Shown: positions 15,701 to 24,787 of the stretch, piece by piece
How positions within the stretch are numbered: position 1 is the stretch's first letter
Layout of the letters: every line of letters begins with the position of its first letter
Source of the DNA: a virus
Taxonomy: Duplodnaviria; Caudoviricetes
DNA: 45,534 nt
Direction: 5' to 3' (one strand)
IMG/VR virus record: IMGVR_UViG_3300005573_000137
Span: 1-45,534 of that record
Made by a program: the position numbers and the translations under genes
The notes under the pieces: model-generated
Database searches by the model: none
Told to the model about the DNA's origin: nothing
What the model saw: the letters and a program-made list of their open reading frames with translations, nothing else

Positions 15701-18700
15701 TCAGTTTTAGATAGTTCAGCTTTAGAATAGTTAGATAAATATTCCACAACTTTATGTAAATCACCTGGAGTAGCTAATTCTGGTCTTACACCATAAAGCC
15801 TACCTTCACCTGTAATACTTACAAATAAATCTGGAAACAATTTTATCAAATGAGGATGATTATAAAGTATATCTTTTAACCGTCTTAAATCTTCATTAAC
15901 TTTATAACTTTCAGTAGGGTCTTTAGAAAGTAGTAATACTTTCTTTCCATAATCTTCAATTCTTTCAAGGTTGTCTTCCCTTTCACTATTTATACCTTTA
16001 AGTGAAGGGTTTTCTGGGGCTATTACTTCTTTAACGAAATCACCGAGAAATAACTTAGTTAGTTTTTCTTCTGTAATCTCTGTTATGGGCTTCATTGCAA
16101 GTTTAGCTACATCTTCAAATGTAGCGCCTAATTGCTTGATTGATTTTTCATTTATTACATCAAGCTTAAATGGTAAAGATGAGAAGTTAGAAGATATTTT
16201 ATATTGATAAAGCATATTAAGTTGTTTTTCTAATCGGTCTAAAGATTTCTGTTTTTTCTCTCTATCTTTTTCACTTAACTTTTCATCTTGTAATTCGGAT
16301 TTAGTCTTTTCTATTTCTTTAGTAACTTGTTTGACGTTTTTAACAATATCTTTGCTATTTCTAATCCAACTATTCATTAGAAGTGCATCAGCTACTGGTT
16401 TCATGTCATCATCAAGAGTTAAATAAATTGATTTAATCTTCTTTTCAAAAGTTTCAAATGAATCCTTCTTTATATTTTCATTATCACTTTCTGAGTCTCT
16501 TTTTCTAAATAACTTTAAATCATTCTTGGCTGATTCAATTGCTTTTGCTACTGCCTCAACCTTTGCCATGTCATCGGGATGATTGCTCATATATTTCTCA
16601 ATTGCCCGAAATACATTAATAGCAGAAGCTACATCAGCAAAGTCTTGGGCAACTAACTGAGAAGTATTAGAAGCATCTGAAACAGATTGTGCACCAACCC
16701 AATGAACTAAATTATTTTTATCTTCTTTAGCCACAACAGCACTGCCAACCTTCTCTACATTAGAATTTAATCCTAAGAAACTTCTACCTAAATACTTATA
16801 AAGTTTTTGTAAAAAGTTTCCATTGTTTATATCAAAATTCCGTATTTTCCCAGACTTAGTATTTACAATTGGGCGACTAACCATTGAATTCCAAACATCA
16901 AGTATTTTCTTGAAATTAAGACCAGTCCAATTAATTGGATTTGTCACAACACCATTAATATCAAAATTTCTACCAAAATATAATCCCATTTGATACCATA
17001 TATTTGGATATGTAGTTTCTACTTTGTCAGCTACATCTCTTAATCCTTCAACCGTTCCAAGAAAATCATAATTGATGCCTTTTGAAAAATCTTTTCCAAG
17101 TAAATATTTATCTAACTTCTGCAGAACTCCATAATCCTTAATCATAAATGGCGAAATAGAACCTTCGGGATTATCTTTTGATTTGAGAAGCTTTATCAAT
17201 TCTTCATCTTTGGTCATTTCATCCATGCTTAAATAAGTCTTTGTTTCCTTACCTATTTTTATTTCAATCTTGTCAATTGCCTTTTCCATTAGTGTTTGTT
17301 GAATCTCTTTGGCACTTTTCAATTTGAAACCATCAGCAGCATCGGCACTCATATTGATTACACTTCTAATAGCATTAGCTAATTTATTTTCATCATCAGT
17401 ATAATAAACCTTACCCTTTAAGAAAACGGGTTTATTTTTCATGGTAGTCTCATCCATATATACTTGATTTGTTCTAAGACTTACATCTGATGTCTTACCA
17501 CGATAATTAAGTAGTAATGTATATAATCTATTACCAGTATTTAAATTACTACCAAGCATAGCATTAGCTTCATAAGCATATTGATGTACATCCTTCAAAG
17601 CTAAAATATCAAATAGCCCCCACTTACTTTGTATGCGAGGGTTTTCCTTTTCCTTATCATAAAATTCTGGAGCATCTTTAGCATCTTTCATAACCCAGTG
17701 CATCTGACCATTTTCATCGGGCAATTCCTTACTCCACATATTTTTTTTGCTATGATAAAATTCACGAATTGCCTTGTTGGCTGAATCATTGCCAAATGTT
17801 GTGTAAATCATAAAACTATCACCATCATTATCTGCCCCACCCATATTTGCCATATCTGACTGATGTAAATATATTCCACGTCCTTCGGTATCAGTAAAAC
17901 CAGCAAACTTTAATATTCTAATACCAGAAGCAGAATCAGCGGGTGCACGTCCCACAACATGAGTTAAAGCTTCTTCATATCTACTTCCAAGTTTATCTTT
18001 TTGTTCCTTAGTTAAATTTTGATATTCATCCCATAACTCACCAAGAGTTGTTTCTTCCCCCCACGGGTCCAAGAGTTTCATTTCTCTCATGCCTTTATTA
18101 AGCATGTAAGTACCTTCTTCAACATAACTCTTTTTCTCCATAAACCAATCATGTGGAGTAGATATTACTTTTGCAGCATAATCTACTTTTGGACTGATTA
18201 CACGTTTAATTAAATAATTTCTAATAGCAGTCTGAACATATTTATCTACAAAGGGTATATGGAATGTTATGGGTGAATTAGGAAAGAACGTTAATATACG
18301 TTGAGTTGAATCCATCTGTAAGAACTTATCAGCTTCGGGATTTATAATACCATCATCATCTACAATTCTTTCCTCAGAATCAGAAGAATCATTTACCTCT
18401 TTTATAATATGAGCCATAATCTTCTGATATAAACCAGTTTTAAGTACAACAGATTTATCACCAATACGGATTCCATTTGCAATAGTATCAAGAATTTGTT
18501 GTGCTCCAAGTGAGTCAATATCAATTTGTTTTTCAATTGCCTCTATTTCTTCCTTACTTGAATTAGGGTCAGCAATTAGCTGTTTCCATTTTTCAAATAA
18601 CTCATTTGTTTCATCTTCGCCTTTTACTCTTGGAAGAATTAAATTATCCATTACAATCTTTTGAGTCTTTGGGTCATCAATTCTTGTAAGTAATTGCTTC

Positions 18701-21700
18701 ATTACTTTAATAGGTTTGAACTTCAAGGGTTCACGTGTTGTAAGATTGTATGTATTGCCATGAAAAGGTGAATTATAAATAATAGGTTCTGATACTTTAC
18801 CATCATAACTAAATTCTAATTTATCATCTTTAGTTAATCTAACATCAGCAATCTTCTTATTACCATAAGCTTTTGCTGTTGTATTAAATTCAATACAATG
18901 AATTCCTTTTTCGTGCATCCATTCATCTAATTCTTTGCTTGCTCTATGGTTACCTGCCTTTGTAATATGAAGTCCATGTTCATCAGTCCATCTTGCAACT
19001 CCCTTAAAGAAACCTGCCTGTCTTGATTCACCACCAAAATCAAGTATGGCATCAAAGGCATCATTTCTCCAAATACGTCCTCCATCTCTAATTACTTCAG
19101 AAAGCTTTTTATTTTTTACAGCCTTTCCATCTTCCTCATGGTACAGTATATTCCTATCAGGCATACCTTCTATTTCATCGGGAACAGTAGCATTCGCAAT
19201 TGTGAATTTGAATCCATTATCATCCAAGTGTTCAATTTGATATTTCTTAAAGAATTCACCATTTAATTCTGGTTCTGGGGCAAATAAAACTTGATTACGT
19301 TTGGTAAGCTTTTGTACATTATTCAAAAACCCCTTACCTTCCATTTGTTCTTTAATGGGTATATCTTGATTAAGTAGTTTTAAGTATTTAATCATATTAG
19401 CAATATGTTTTAAGTAAATATCTGTTGCTAATTTTTTATCTGTAAATAATTTAGAAAATTCTTTAAGTCCTTCATAGAGAACTTTTGCTTGTTCATTTCT
19501 TTTACCATTTGTAAAATCTTCAAGCCTAAGGTCAATTTCTTCAAGAAGTTTCAAAACTTCTGCATTTTTCCATGCAACAGTCTTTGGGTCATCTAAAAAT
19601 GATTCCATAAATACTTGAGAAGACTTTGTCTTGATACCACCTAAGAAATCATAGCCTTTGCTAAACATTCGAGCCACAGCTTTTCCAAAGTCAAAGCCAC
19701 TGCCTTCTTGAAATAAATCCTTACTTTCTATTCCATCTTTACCTTTACTGACTGATTTATTAAGAAATATAACTTTCTTTCCTAATGTCTTAGCAAGTCT
19801 TTCTATAAGGGATTCAGAACCGTAAACTAATTGCCTTTCACCTTTATAACCTACTTCTGATTGCCGCTCTACGACTCCATTATTATATTCATAAACTTGT
19901 TTCTTTACTTGGTCTAAAGTTAAATATGCTTGTCTTAAAGCATTCTCATATTTACTTGGAGGTGTTACAGTCTGCTTCTTCTCTGGCAATGGAGTTTCAA
20001 TAGGTTCTTCAATAGGCTGTTTAGTAGGTTGCCACATGCCATCTTCAACTTCTTTATATCCCTTCTCTATTAAATACTTGGCAACTAACCTTTCTCCAAG
20101 ATTATATGACCTTTGTCTATCTTCCGCTTTATCAGCGATAAGAGTTGCACCAGCTTCAATAGCCTTATCTATGTGAGGTTTTATAGCTTCAAAATCATCC
20201 TTTGCATTTTTACCACCATTAACACTTATACCTACTATGTCATTTGGAGAATATGTATCTGTATTCAATTGTTCAGTAGGTACAGCTTCTGCATAAGCTC
20301 TTGAGCTTGTTCTTTCCGCACCTTTGGCAATTAACTTGTTGGCTTGAGAAAACTTCTCTAAATCCTTTTTGAAATAGGGTGATTTCTTTTTTGAATTTGA
20401 TATATCAATTTTGGGTAGTTCAGCTTCTGGATTAACTGCCCCTTGTTCAGTCGGTGCTGCTGTTTGCTCAATAGGTGCTACTGTTTGTTCAGTAGTTGCT
20501 GCTGGTGCTTGTTCAGTAGGTGCTGTTTGTTGCTGCTCACTTGCTTGCTCAGTTGGCTGTTCATTTGTAGTAGTTTGACTTGTATTATTTGATTCAGTAG
20601 GTTGTTCAGTTGTTTTCCCTGCATATAAATCATTTAAGGCACTGTTTATATCTTCATCTGAAATTCCTTCTGTTGCTTGAGCTTCCAATGGCATTTTAGA
20701 GGCATTCTGCTCACTGACCGTATTTTCAGTTGTGTTTTCGGCTTTACTTTCAGTTGCCTTTTCATCCTTTTGAACTAATATATCATTTTTAATATCATTT
20801 ATTGAATCAACAAATTTTTGGTAGCCTTCTTCTCCCCTAAGTTCAGGGTTACCAATAAATTCAATGGCTTTATCAACAATTCGTTTTTCAACTTCATGTG
20901 AATCAACACCCGCTTCTTCAGCAATACTATCTGCAAGGTCACGTATAGGTGTTTTGAAAGATATAAGCCCTGCATCTTTTATATCTGCCATCATACCTAC
21001 ATAACTGCCTAATACTTGTTTAGTCGAAGTTACAGTAGTGTCTACTGCTTTATCAGCCTCATTCTGTTTATATACATCTACAAAATCATCTAAAGCTTTA
21101 TCTACTATTTCTTGTGATTTCTCTGGTGTTATTTCCTCTCCTTTTTCCACAAGGTCTTGTTCCATATCCGATACTCTATTCTGGATATATCGTACTTGGA
21201 GTATTTTAGTTGCATCTGCGGGACTTAATTGTTTGGCTACATCACCAATAACATTAAAAATATCTTGTCCCGTACTGGATACCAATGTTTGTTGATTATC
21301 ATAATCAAGTTTGGCTATTCTACCAAATTCAAGTGATGACCATAGCTTTAATTCATCTATTACTTCTGGCGATTCATTTTTATATTCATCAAATTTCTCT
21401 GGACGCATAAATGTTAAGATGGCTTCTGGATTAGAAGCTTTCTCATTAAAGATTTCCATTGCTCTACGTGTGGCATAAGGTTTCTGTAAGAATCCAAATG
21501 CACCATTAAGAAGATAATCATAAATATGTAATGCCAATGGGGCATCGGGTGATTGTAATTGAGCTGGCAGTCCCATCGATATTGAGGCAGCTAACCCTCT
21601 GGCAATGTTATTTGCCATGTCAACTTTTTGTACCCATTGCTTCTTAATATTAAGTGCAGTACTATCACCTAAATCAGCTTTGGCAAGTATCTCATCGGAA

Positions 21701-22440
21701 GGAGGTTTAATTCCTAATATTTTACTTGCATCCCAAGCACCACCTCTTGAAATAAGTTGCCCTAATACTTCTTGTCCAGCTCCAAAAAGACCACCTTCTA
21801 CCATAGCTCCAAGACGTTTATTAGTCAATGTATCCCATGATAAATCATATATTGGAGCAGCTCCAATACCACTCGCAATACCTAAAGTGGCAACTCCCTT
21901 TAGAACATTACTGGCATCAGTTCCTAAGAATTTAATAGCTTGCAAACCTGGAGTTTCTATTAAACGACTACTCTTTCCAACCAGCCAATCAGCAGCCATC
22001 ATAGGAATAGATTTTAATCTTAATGCTTCTGCACCTTTCGTTATTCTTGAAGCTATTTCTACACCTTCTGCACCAGCTCTTAAAGCCATTGCTATTTTAC
22101 CAGCACCCATTGCTCCAAGTTTTACTGCTGTACCTAAGCCAGGAATCCAACCAACAAACCCCATTACATCACCAACTCGGTGGGCAATTTCTTCAATGGT
22201 ATTTCGTGGTTTATCACCTACATCAAATGTAGTAAAACCCTCTACAAAACCAGTAACAAGTTGTTTAACAGTATTAAATAAATTAAAATCACCCGCATCT
22301 TGATTTCGAGGAATATCAAATCCTTTGAAGTTAGCAGCATTTTGTAGTGCGTCTACTTCTTCTTCGGTAAAGCTTTCGGGTTGTTGTTGATATAATTGAG
22401 AAAGGATATTAAATTGCTGGTCGTTCATGGTTACTCCCAT
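12721..22440 (-). CDS. Giant virion protein; probable two-barrel (crAss-type) virion RNA polymerase
   Basis: DGG (19078-19086), FKG (~19000), GRAP (~17941) and GGADNDGD (17818-17841) in the expected order; last gene of the ejection-protein cluster. Likely start is ATG 22428 behind GGGAG. Confidence 0.78.
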   Translation of the reverse strand: MGVTMNDQQFNILSQLYQQQPESFTEEEVDALQNAANFKGFDIPRNQDAGDFNLFNTVKQLVTGFVEGFTTFDVGDKPRNTIEEIAHRVGDVMGFVGWIPGLGTAVKLGAMGAGKIAMALRAGAEGVEIASRITKGAEALRLKSIPMMAADWLVGKSSRLIETPGLQAIKFLGTDASNVLKGVATLGIASGIGAAPIYDLSWDTLTNKRLGAMVEGGLFGAGQEVLGQLISRGGAWDASKILGIKPPSDEILAKADLGDSTALNIKKQWVQKVDMANNIARGLAASISMGLPAQLQSPDAPLALHIYDYLLNGAFGFLQKPYATRRAMEIFNEKASNPEAILTFMRPEKFDEYKNESPEVIDELKLWSSLEFGRIAKLDYDNQQTLVSSTGQDIFNVIGDVAKQLSPADATKILQVRYIQNRVSDMEQDLVEKGEEITPEKSQEIVDKALDDFVDVYKQNEADKAVDTTVTSTKQVLGSYVGMMADIKDAGLISFKTPIRDLADSIAEEAGVDSHEVEKRIVDKAIEFIGNPELRGEEGYQKFVDSINDIKNDILVQKDEKATESKAENTTENTVSEQNASKMPLEAQATEGISDEDINSALNDLYAGKTTEQPTESNNTSQTTTNEQPTEQASEQQQTAPTEQAPAATTEQTVAPIEQTAAPTEQGAVNPEAELPKIDISNSKKKSPYFKKDLEKFSQANKLIAKGAERTSSRAYAEAVPTEQLNTDTYSPNDIVGISVNGGKNAKDDFEAIKPHIDKAIEAGATLIADKAEDRQRSYNLGERLVAKYLIEKGYKEVEDGMWQPTKQPIEEPIETPLPEKKQTVTPPSKYENALRQAYLTLDQVKKQVYEYNNGVVERQSEVGYKGERQLVYGSESLIERLAKTLGKKVIFLNKSVSKGKDGIESKDLFQEGSGFDFGKAVARMFSKGYDFLGGIKTKSSQVFMESFLDDPKTVAWKNAEVLKLLEEIDLRLEDFTNGKRNEQAKVLYEGLKEFSKLFTDKKLATDIYLKHIANMIKYLKLLNQDIPIKEQMEGKGFLNNVQKLTKRNQVLFAPEPELNGEFFKKYQIEHLDDNGFKFTIANATVPDEIEGMPDRNILYHEEDGKAVKNKKLSEVIRDGGRIWRNDAFDAILDFGGESRQAGFFKGVARWTDEHGLHITKAGNHRASKELDEWMHEKGIHCIEFNTTAKAYGNKKIADVRLTKDDKLEFSYDGKVSEPIIYNSPFHGNTYNLTTREPLKFKPIKVMKQLLTRIDDPKTQKIVMDNLILPRVKGEDETNELFEKWKQLIADPNSSKEEIEAIEKQIDIDSLGAQQILDTIANGIRIGDKSVVLKTGLYQKIMAHIIKEVNDSSDSEERIVDDDGIINPEADKFLQMDSTQRILTFFPNSPITFHIPFVDKYVQTAIRNYLIKRVISPKVDYAAKVISTPHDWFMEKKSYVEEGTYMLNKGMREMKLLDPWGEETTLGELWDEYQNLTKEQKDKLGSRYEEALTHVVGRAPADSASGIRILKFAGFTDTEGRGIYLHQSDMANMGGADNDGDSFMIYTTFGNDSANKAIREFYHSKKNMWSKELPDENGQMHWVMKDAKDAPEFYDKEKENPRIQSKWGLFDILALKDVHQYAYEANAMLGSNLNTGNRLYTLLLNYRGKTSDVSLRTNQVYMDETTMKNKPVFLKGKVYYTDDENKLANAIRSVINMSADAADGFKLKSAKEIQQTLMEKAIDKIEIKIGKETKTYLSMDEMTKDEELIKLLKSKDNPEGSISPFMIKDYGVLQKLDKYLLGKDFSKGINYDFLGTVEGLRDVADKVETTYPNIWYQMGLYFGRNFDINGVVTNPINWTGLNFKKILDVWNSMVSRPIVNTKSGKIRNFDINNGNFLQKLYKYLGRSFLGLNSNVEKVGSAVVAKEDKNNLVHWVGAQSVSDASNTSQLVAQDFADVASAINVFRAIEKYMSNHPDDMAKVEAVAKAIESAKNDLKLFRKRDSESDNENIKKDSFETFEKKIKSIYLTLDDDMKPVADALLMNSWIRNSKDIVKNVKQVTKEIEKTKSELQDEKLSEKDREKKQKSLDRLEKQLNMLYQYKISSNFSSLPFKLDVINEKSIKQLGATFEDVAKLAMKPITEITEEKLTKLFLGDFVKEVIAPENPSLKGINSEREDNLERIEDYGKKVLLLSKDPTESYKVNEDLRRLKDILYNHPHLIKLFPDLFVSITGEGRLYGVRPELATPGDLHKVVEYLSNYSKAELSKTDFLVSPEAVGKKFNLFGLTHLRKTVKVLTEEGLKEHTIENIMGIINRQYKINSALARASEMYFNQIYNQYQTDDVNTLLGQIYESPEYQSNPDVGKDIMEFAVRTIEKDVTSKSNIYYAKYAEAKEKFEAKYKTDDEWLKLSMVKDGKTVKLGVNEIVNELVPKIQKFYHDARKQLLVNPEIEKKNIIKLGNSEFIDMDKTINRISEAAVNDEIIGSKHFLTMNGLLKLAHRLKLEKLRFNIQDSNGNTRTVMLRDLKWKDYKNAKAFFIQAGNHLVPFFNTIKIKEIENYVAHASDNVYLDQHSEVTRIADAMLKESILKTLKEYTIEGEGRNENGESEIYQYRPFSYLDDPEIGSWGASYWHHTNYDKQVIENARNEKIAQMYDKELKSDAQSFSARVEFERALSDAPDGGMSVDALEELEGHVIDLYPQDNFLAPSFTKSRSEDPLPGWSTSNDVREKYLEQINKSYWNVLTSLMNRHMINWVEEYKPFGEQNDQMINYMEVYMNNTLGRPSFFPKEILNDPKYKIKGTPFYWTSDQKMHDLFKKFKKYFNIEYTATEGEDKGKKFSIKVPTDSETGKQLMMRKAVAFSQLEGKYELISLLASTKTLFNNIFDAYKNTIIDMGFESFWKARDLNYFKQLNPAWDSWEKVNKFVEEHGGLESFYKDMFALSDYKGQEFSKMFSIAKDIIKDNPEISDKNLIEKMKVQVEALRKNNELVNVTKDKISNFLSKAGWFMRYSERKTRLKAWLTAYVNGVKTLMPTTHSFAYDDPILIQFANKSVENSQFIYNSATRPAFAATTMGKVFARFQIFTFNSIKFRKNMIKLAAEQGYRPYTPEYKRLQRFITADVFVLSLASMLPFSIFETSLPQPYGIISNMNQFLFGNDDEKRKAFYGVLPYPANLTQIVVPPAFRIPQMFLGVALGNWNYVDSTVWTLFPFGRLIHDSYKTIVDPSKLVENFSGLPIHRLNQVFKKTQKEDQSNEDLNINLQSQ

Positions 22441-22449
22441 GATAAAGTA

Positions 22450-22522
22450 ATAGATGAGTCATATCGCCAGTCATCTATCAAAAAGGAAAAAAGAATCGGC
22501 AGTCATGCGATATTTACTGCCG
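22450..22522 (-). promoter_or_regulatory. Two hairpins with complementary loops; the first is terminator-like
   Basis: Stems 22497-22522 and 22450-22478, loops carrying ATATCGC/GCGATAT, U-rich linker on the - strand. Confidence 0.55.
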
Positions 22523-22816
22523 TTAGAAATTTTTTTCTATCCAACGAAGTATTAGATATACTACATAAAAACTAATTATTGTGTAATAAAAACTTTTTCC
22601 AAAAGCATCCCAAAATGATTCGTGCTTAAGTTCCGTAGTCCCCAGAAGAACGAATACAAGAAAAATTCCTATAAATAACAAGTATTTTAATAATGAATTT
22701 ATTCTATATTTACGTCTTAATTTACGTCTTATAGCACGTATTTCTTCTTCTGTCTTTTCTCGTTCTTCTGCTTGTTTAGCCCCATTTGTTACTATTTCTT
22801 TTTGAAATGGGTCCAT
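22523..22816 (-). CDS. Two-TM membrane protein (moron-like)
   Basis: AAGGA RBS; charged N-terminus and two hydrophobic helices. Confidence 0.7.
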   Translation of the reverse strand: MDPFQKEIVTNGAKQAEEREKTEEEIRAIRRKLRRKYRINSLLKYLLFIGIFLVFVLLGTTELKHESFWDAFGKSFYYTIISFYVVYLILRWIEKNF

Positions 22817-22851
22817 ATCTATTTCCTTATAATGTTAGGATATATGTTTAT

Positions 22852-23826
22852 TTATTGTTTCGTATTTTTAGCAGCCTGTGACAAAACTTGAATCTGTTTT
22901 AATTGCTCTGGAGTCATTTGACTTGGGTCACTTACATTCTGCACCATATTTGTAAATTGTTGTAACATCCAACGTTCATTATCAGTTAAGTTATAATCAT
23001 TAGGGTGTTTAAGTATTGTATTCGCTGATTCATTAAGATTTTTAATTGCCAGACGAGTCATTGGGTCATTACCAAGTATTGCACTACTAAGATGACCAAA
23101 TTTAGTTTTATCTAAATTACCAGTTAAACCCTGTTGTAACAGTTTAATTGTTGCTAAAGTACCATTTATCATAGTTCTATTATCTATTAATTTAGTCTCA
23201 TAATCTGTGGCAGCATCTGGGTCGATAAAGCGTAATATATTTGAAAATGACGTCCCTTCACGATTATCTTCAATTACATTAGAACCTAATGCACCCAAAC
23301 CATTTAATAAATCATGAAACCAACCAAGTTCTTTATTGGTAGCGTCTGCTTGTGCTCTTAATTGTGTTTCTAAATTTGTTTTATTTGTCAGTGCTTGTGT
23401 ATAAGCTTTATTTGCATTTGCTTGCGAAATATTTGCTTGGATTTGAGATGCGTTTAATTCTTTTTGTATTTTGGTCATATACATATTAGTCATCAAATTT
23501 AATTCTGCGTTAGTTATTTGGCTATTAGGGTCTACATTACTATTAGTTGCTTTATTATATGCTATTATTGCATCTCGAGGTGCAAAGGTAGTTGTATTAA
23601 ATTCACGTTGTTTTTCTTCAAATTCTCGATTTTGAAAATATTGATTATTTTCTAATACTCTATTTTGATAATCTCTATTCCAAGTAGCATTTTGAATATC
23701 TTCTTGTAATTTTCGGTTTTGGATAGCCAAGAGTGCATCATTTCTTGCATTATCCATTGCTTGTTGTTGTTTAGTCTGAACAAATTGTTGTCCAGCATTA
23801 AAAGCTTGCCATAAATCAAAAGCCAT
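22852..23826 (-). CDS. Putative internal virion / DNA ejection protein
   Basis: Q/N/A-rich helical protein upstream of the giant virion protein. Confidence 0.6.
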   Translation of the reverse strand: MAFDLWQAFNAGQQFVQTKQQQAMDNARNDALLAIQNRKLQEDIQNATWNRDYQNRVLENNQYFQNREFEEKQREFNTTTFAPRDAIIAYNKATNSNVDPNSQITNAELNLMTNMYMTKIQKELNASQIQANISQANANKAYTQALTNKTNLETQLRAQADATNKELGWFHDLLNGLGALGSNVIEDNREGTSFSNILRFIDPDAATDYETKLIDNRTMINGTLATIKLLQQGLTGNLDKTKFGHLSSAILGNDPMTRLAIKNLNESANTILKHPNDYNLTDNERWMLQQFTNMVQNVSDPSQMTPEQLKQIQVLSQAAKNTKQ

Positions 23827-24539
23827 TAGTAACCTCCAAGAAAATTAAATGTATTACTTCCTAAACCCAATCCATAGCTGTTATAAAGTTTTTTTATAGC
23901 ATTTGCTCCAAGAAGATTTTGAGTAATTGGGGCAAGAGGATTTGTATAATTTAAGGGATTCTGATAAAGAAAAGCGTTTTTTCTTGCAGACAGAAAAGCA
24001 TCATCTGTATTATTATTGTTCAATGATTGAGAATATTGTCCCAACAAGTTCATTCCTAAACCAGCCATACCACTGTAAATACTACTTTGTGTACCATAAG
24101 AATTTACATTGGCTTGGTTCTGAATCTCTGCACCTATTTGATGTGCATTCACATTTGTTTTGTAGGCATCATTAATAAAGTTCTGCCCACTTAAGTACAT
24201 TTGATTTGCAAATTGATTGGCTTGTTCTCCAGCAGTTGTATTTGCATTTCTAACATAATCAGATACTAATTTAGCTGAAGGTGACACTCCATTACTATAC
24301 ATTTGTCCAATGGATTTATTTATTCCAGCTAAATACATATCATTCAAGTTATTGTATTGAGTTGCCATTGCTTTTGTGTAATACATAGAGTTGGGGTCAC
24401 CATAAGTTGATTTGGCATAATTAAGGTAATCATTTGCCGAATTATATAATCCACTTAAATCTACTTTTGGTTTATTAAACATTCCTCCTAATAAACCAAA
24501 TAAAGAACCGCCTATTCCTAATGCTTCTAATGGATTCAT
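23826..24539 (-). CDS. Putative pilot/ejection protein
   Basis: Gly-rich hydrophobic N-terminus (ALGIGGSLFGLLGG), N/Q-rich body, podophage ejectosome position. Confidence 0.6.
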   Translation of the reverse strand: MNPLEALGIGGSLFGLLGGMFNKPKVDLSGLYNSANDYLNYAKSTYGDPNSMYYTKAMATQYNNLNDMYLAGINKSIGQMYSNGVSPSAKLVSDYVRNANTTAGEQANQFANQMYLSGQNFINDAYKTNVNAHQIGAEIQNQANVNSYGTQSSIYSGMAGLGMNLLGQYSQSLNNNNTDDAFLSARKNAFLYQNPLNYTNPLAPITQNLLGANAIKKLYNSYGLGLGSNTFNFLGGY

Positions 24540-24778
24540 TAAGACTCCTTTAATTTCAATGCCGAAGTTTCAAACCAACCATCCTCAGTTTTGAACTTCG
24601 CTACCACACTACCATCATCTTTTTTCTCAATTTGAAAACTACCAGGAGTGCCAACGTAATTTTTATTATCTATTCCAGTAGGTTTTTGCGCTACTGAATT
24701 TATAATTTCATTCATCTTTTTTACAATTTCTTGAATTGCCCTATCATGGTCATTGGGTACTCTAAATATCTCACCCAT
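24539..24778 (-). CDS. Small virion-associated hypothetical protein
   Basis: Tightly packed in the structural operon. Confidence 0.65.
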   Translation of the reverse strand: MGEIFRVPNDHDRAIQEIVKKMNEIINSVAQKPTGIDNKNYVGTPGSFQIEKKDDGSVVAKFKTEDGWFETSALKLKES

Positions 24779-24787
24779 TACTATCCC

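Noticed and set aside
21605-22303. 232-aa + strand ORF and other antisense ORFs (e.g. 672..983, 35837..36175, 44480..44908)
   Set aside because: Shadows of well-supported genes on the opposite strand, with no RBS or motifs.
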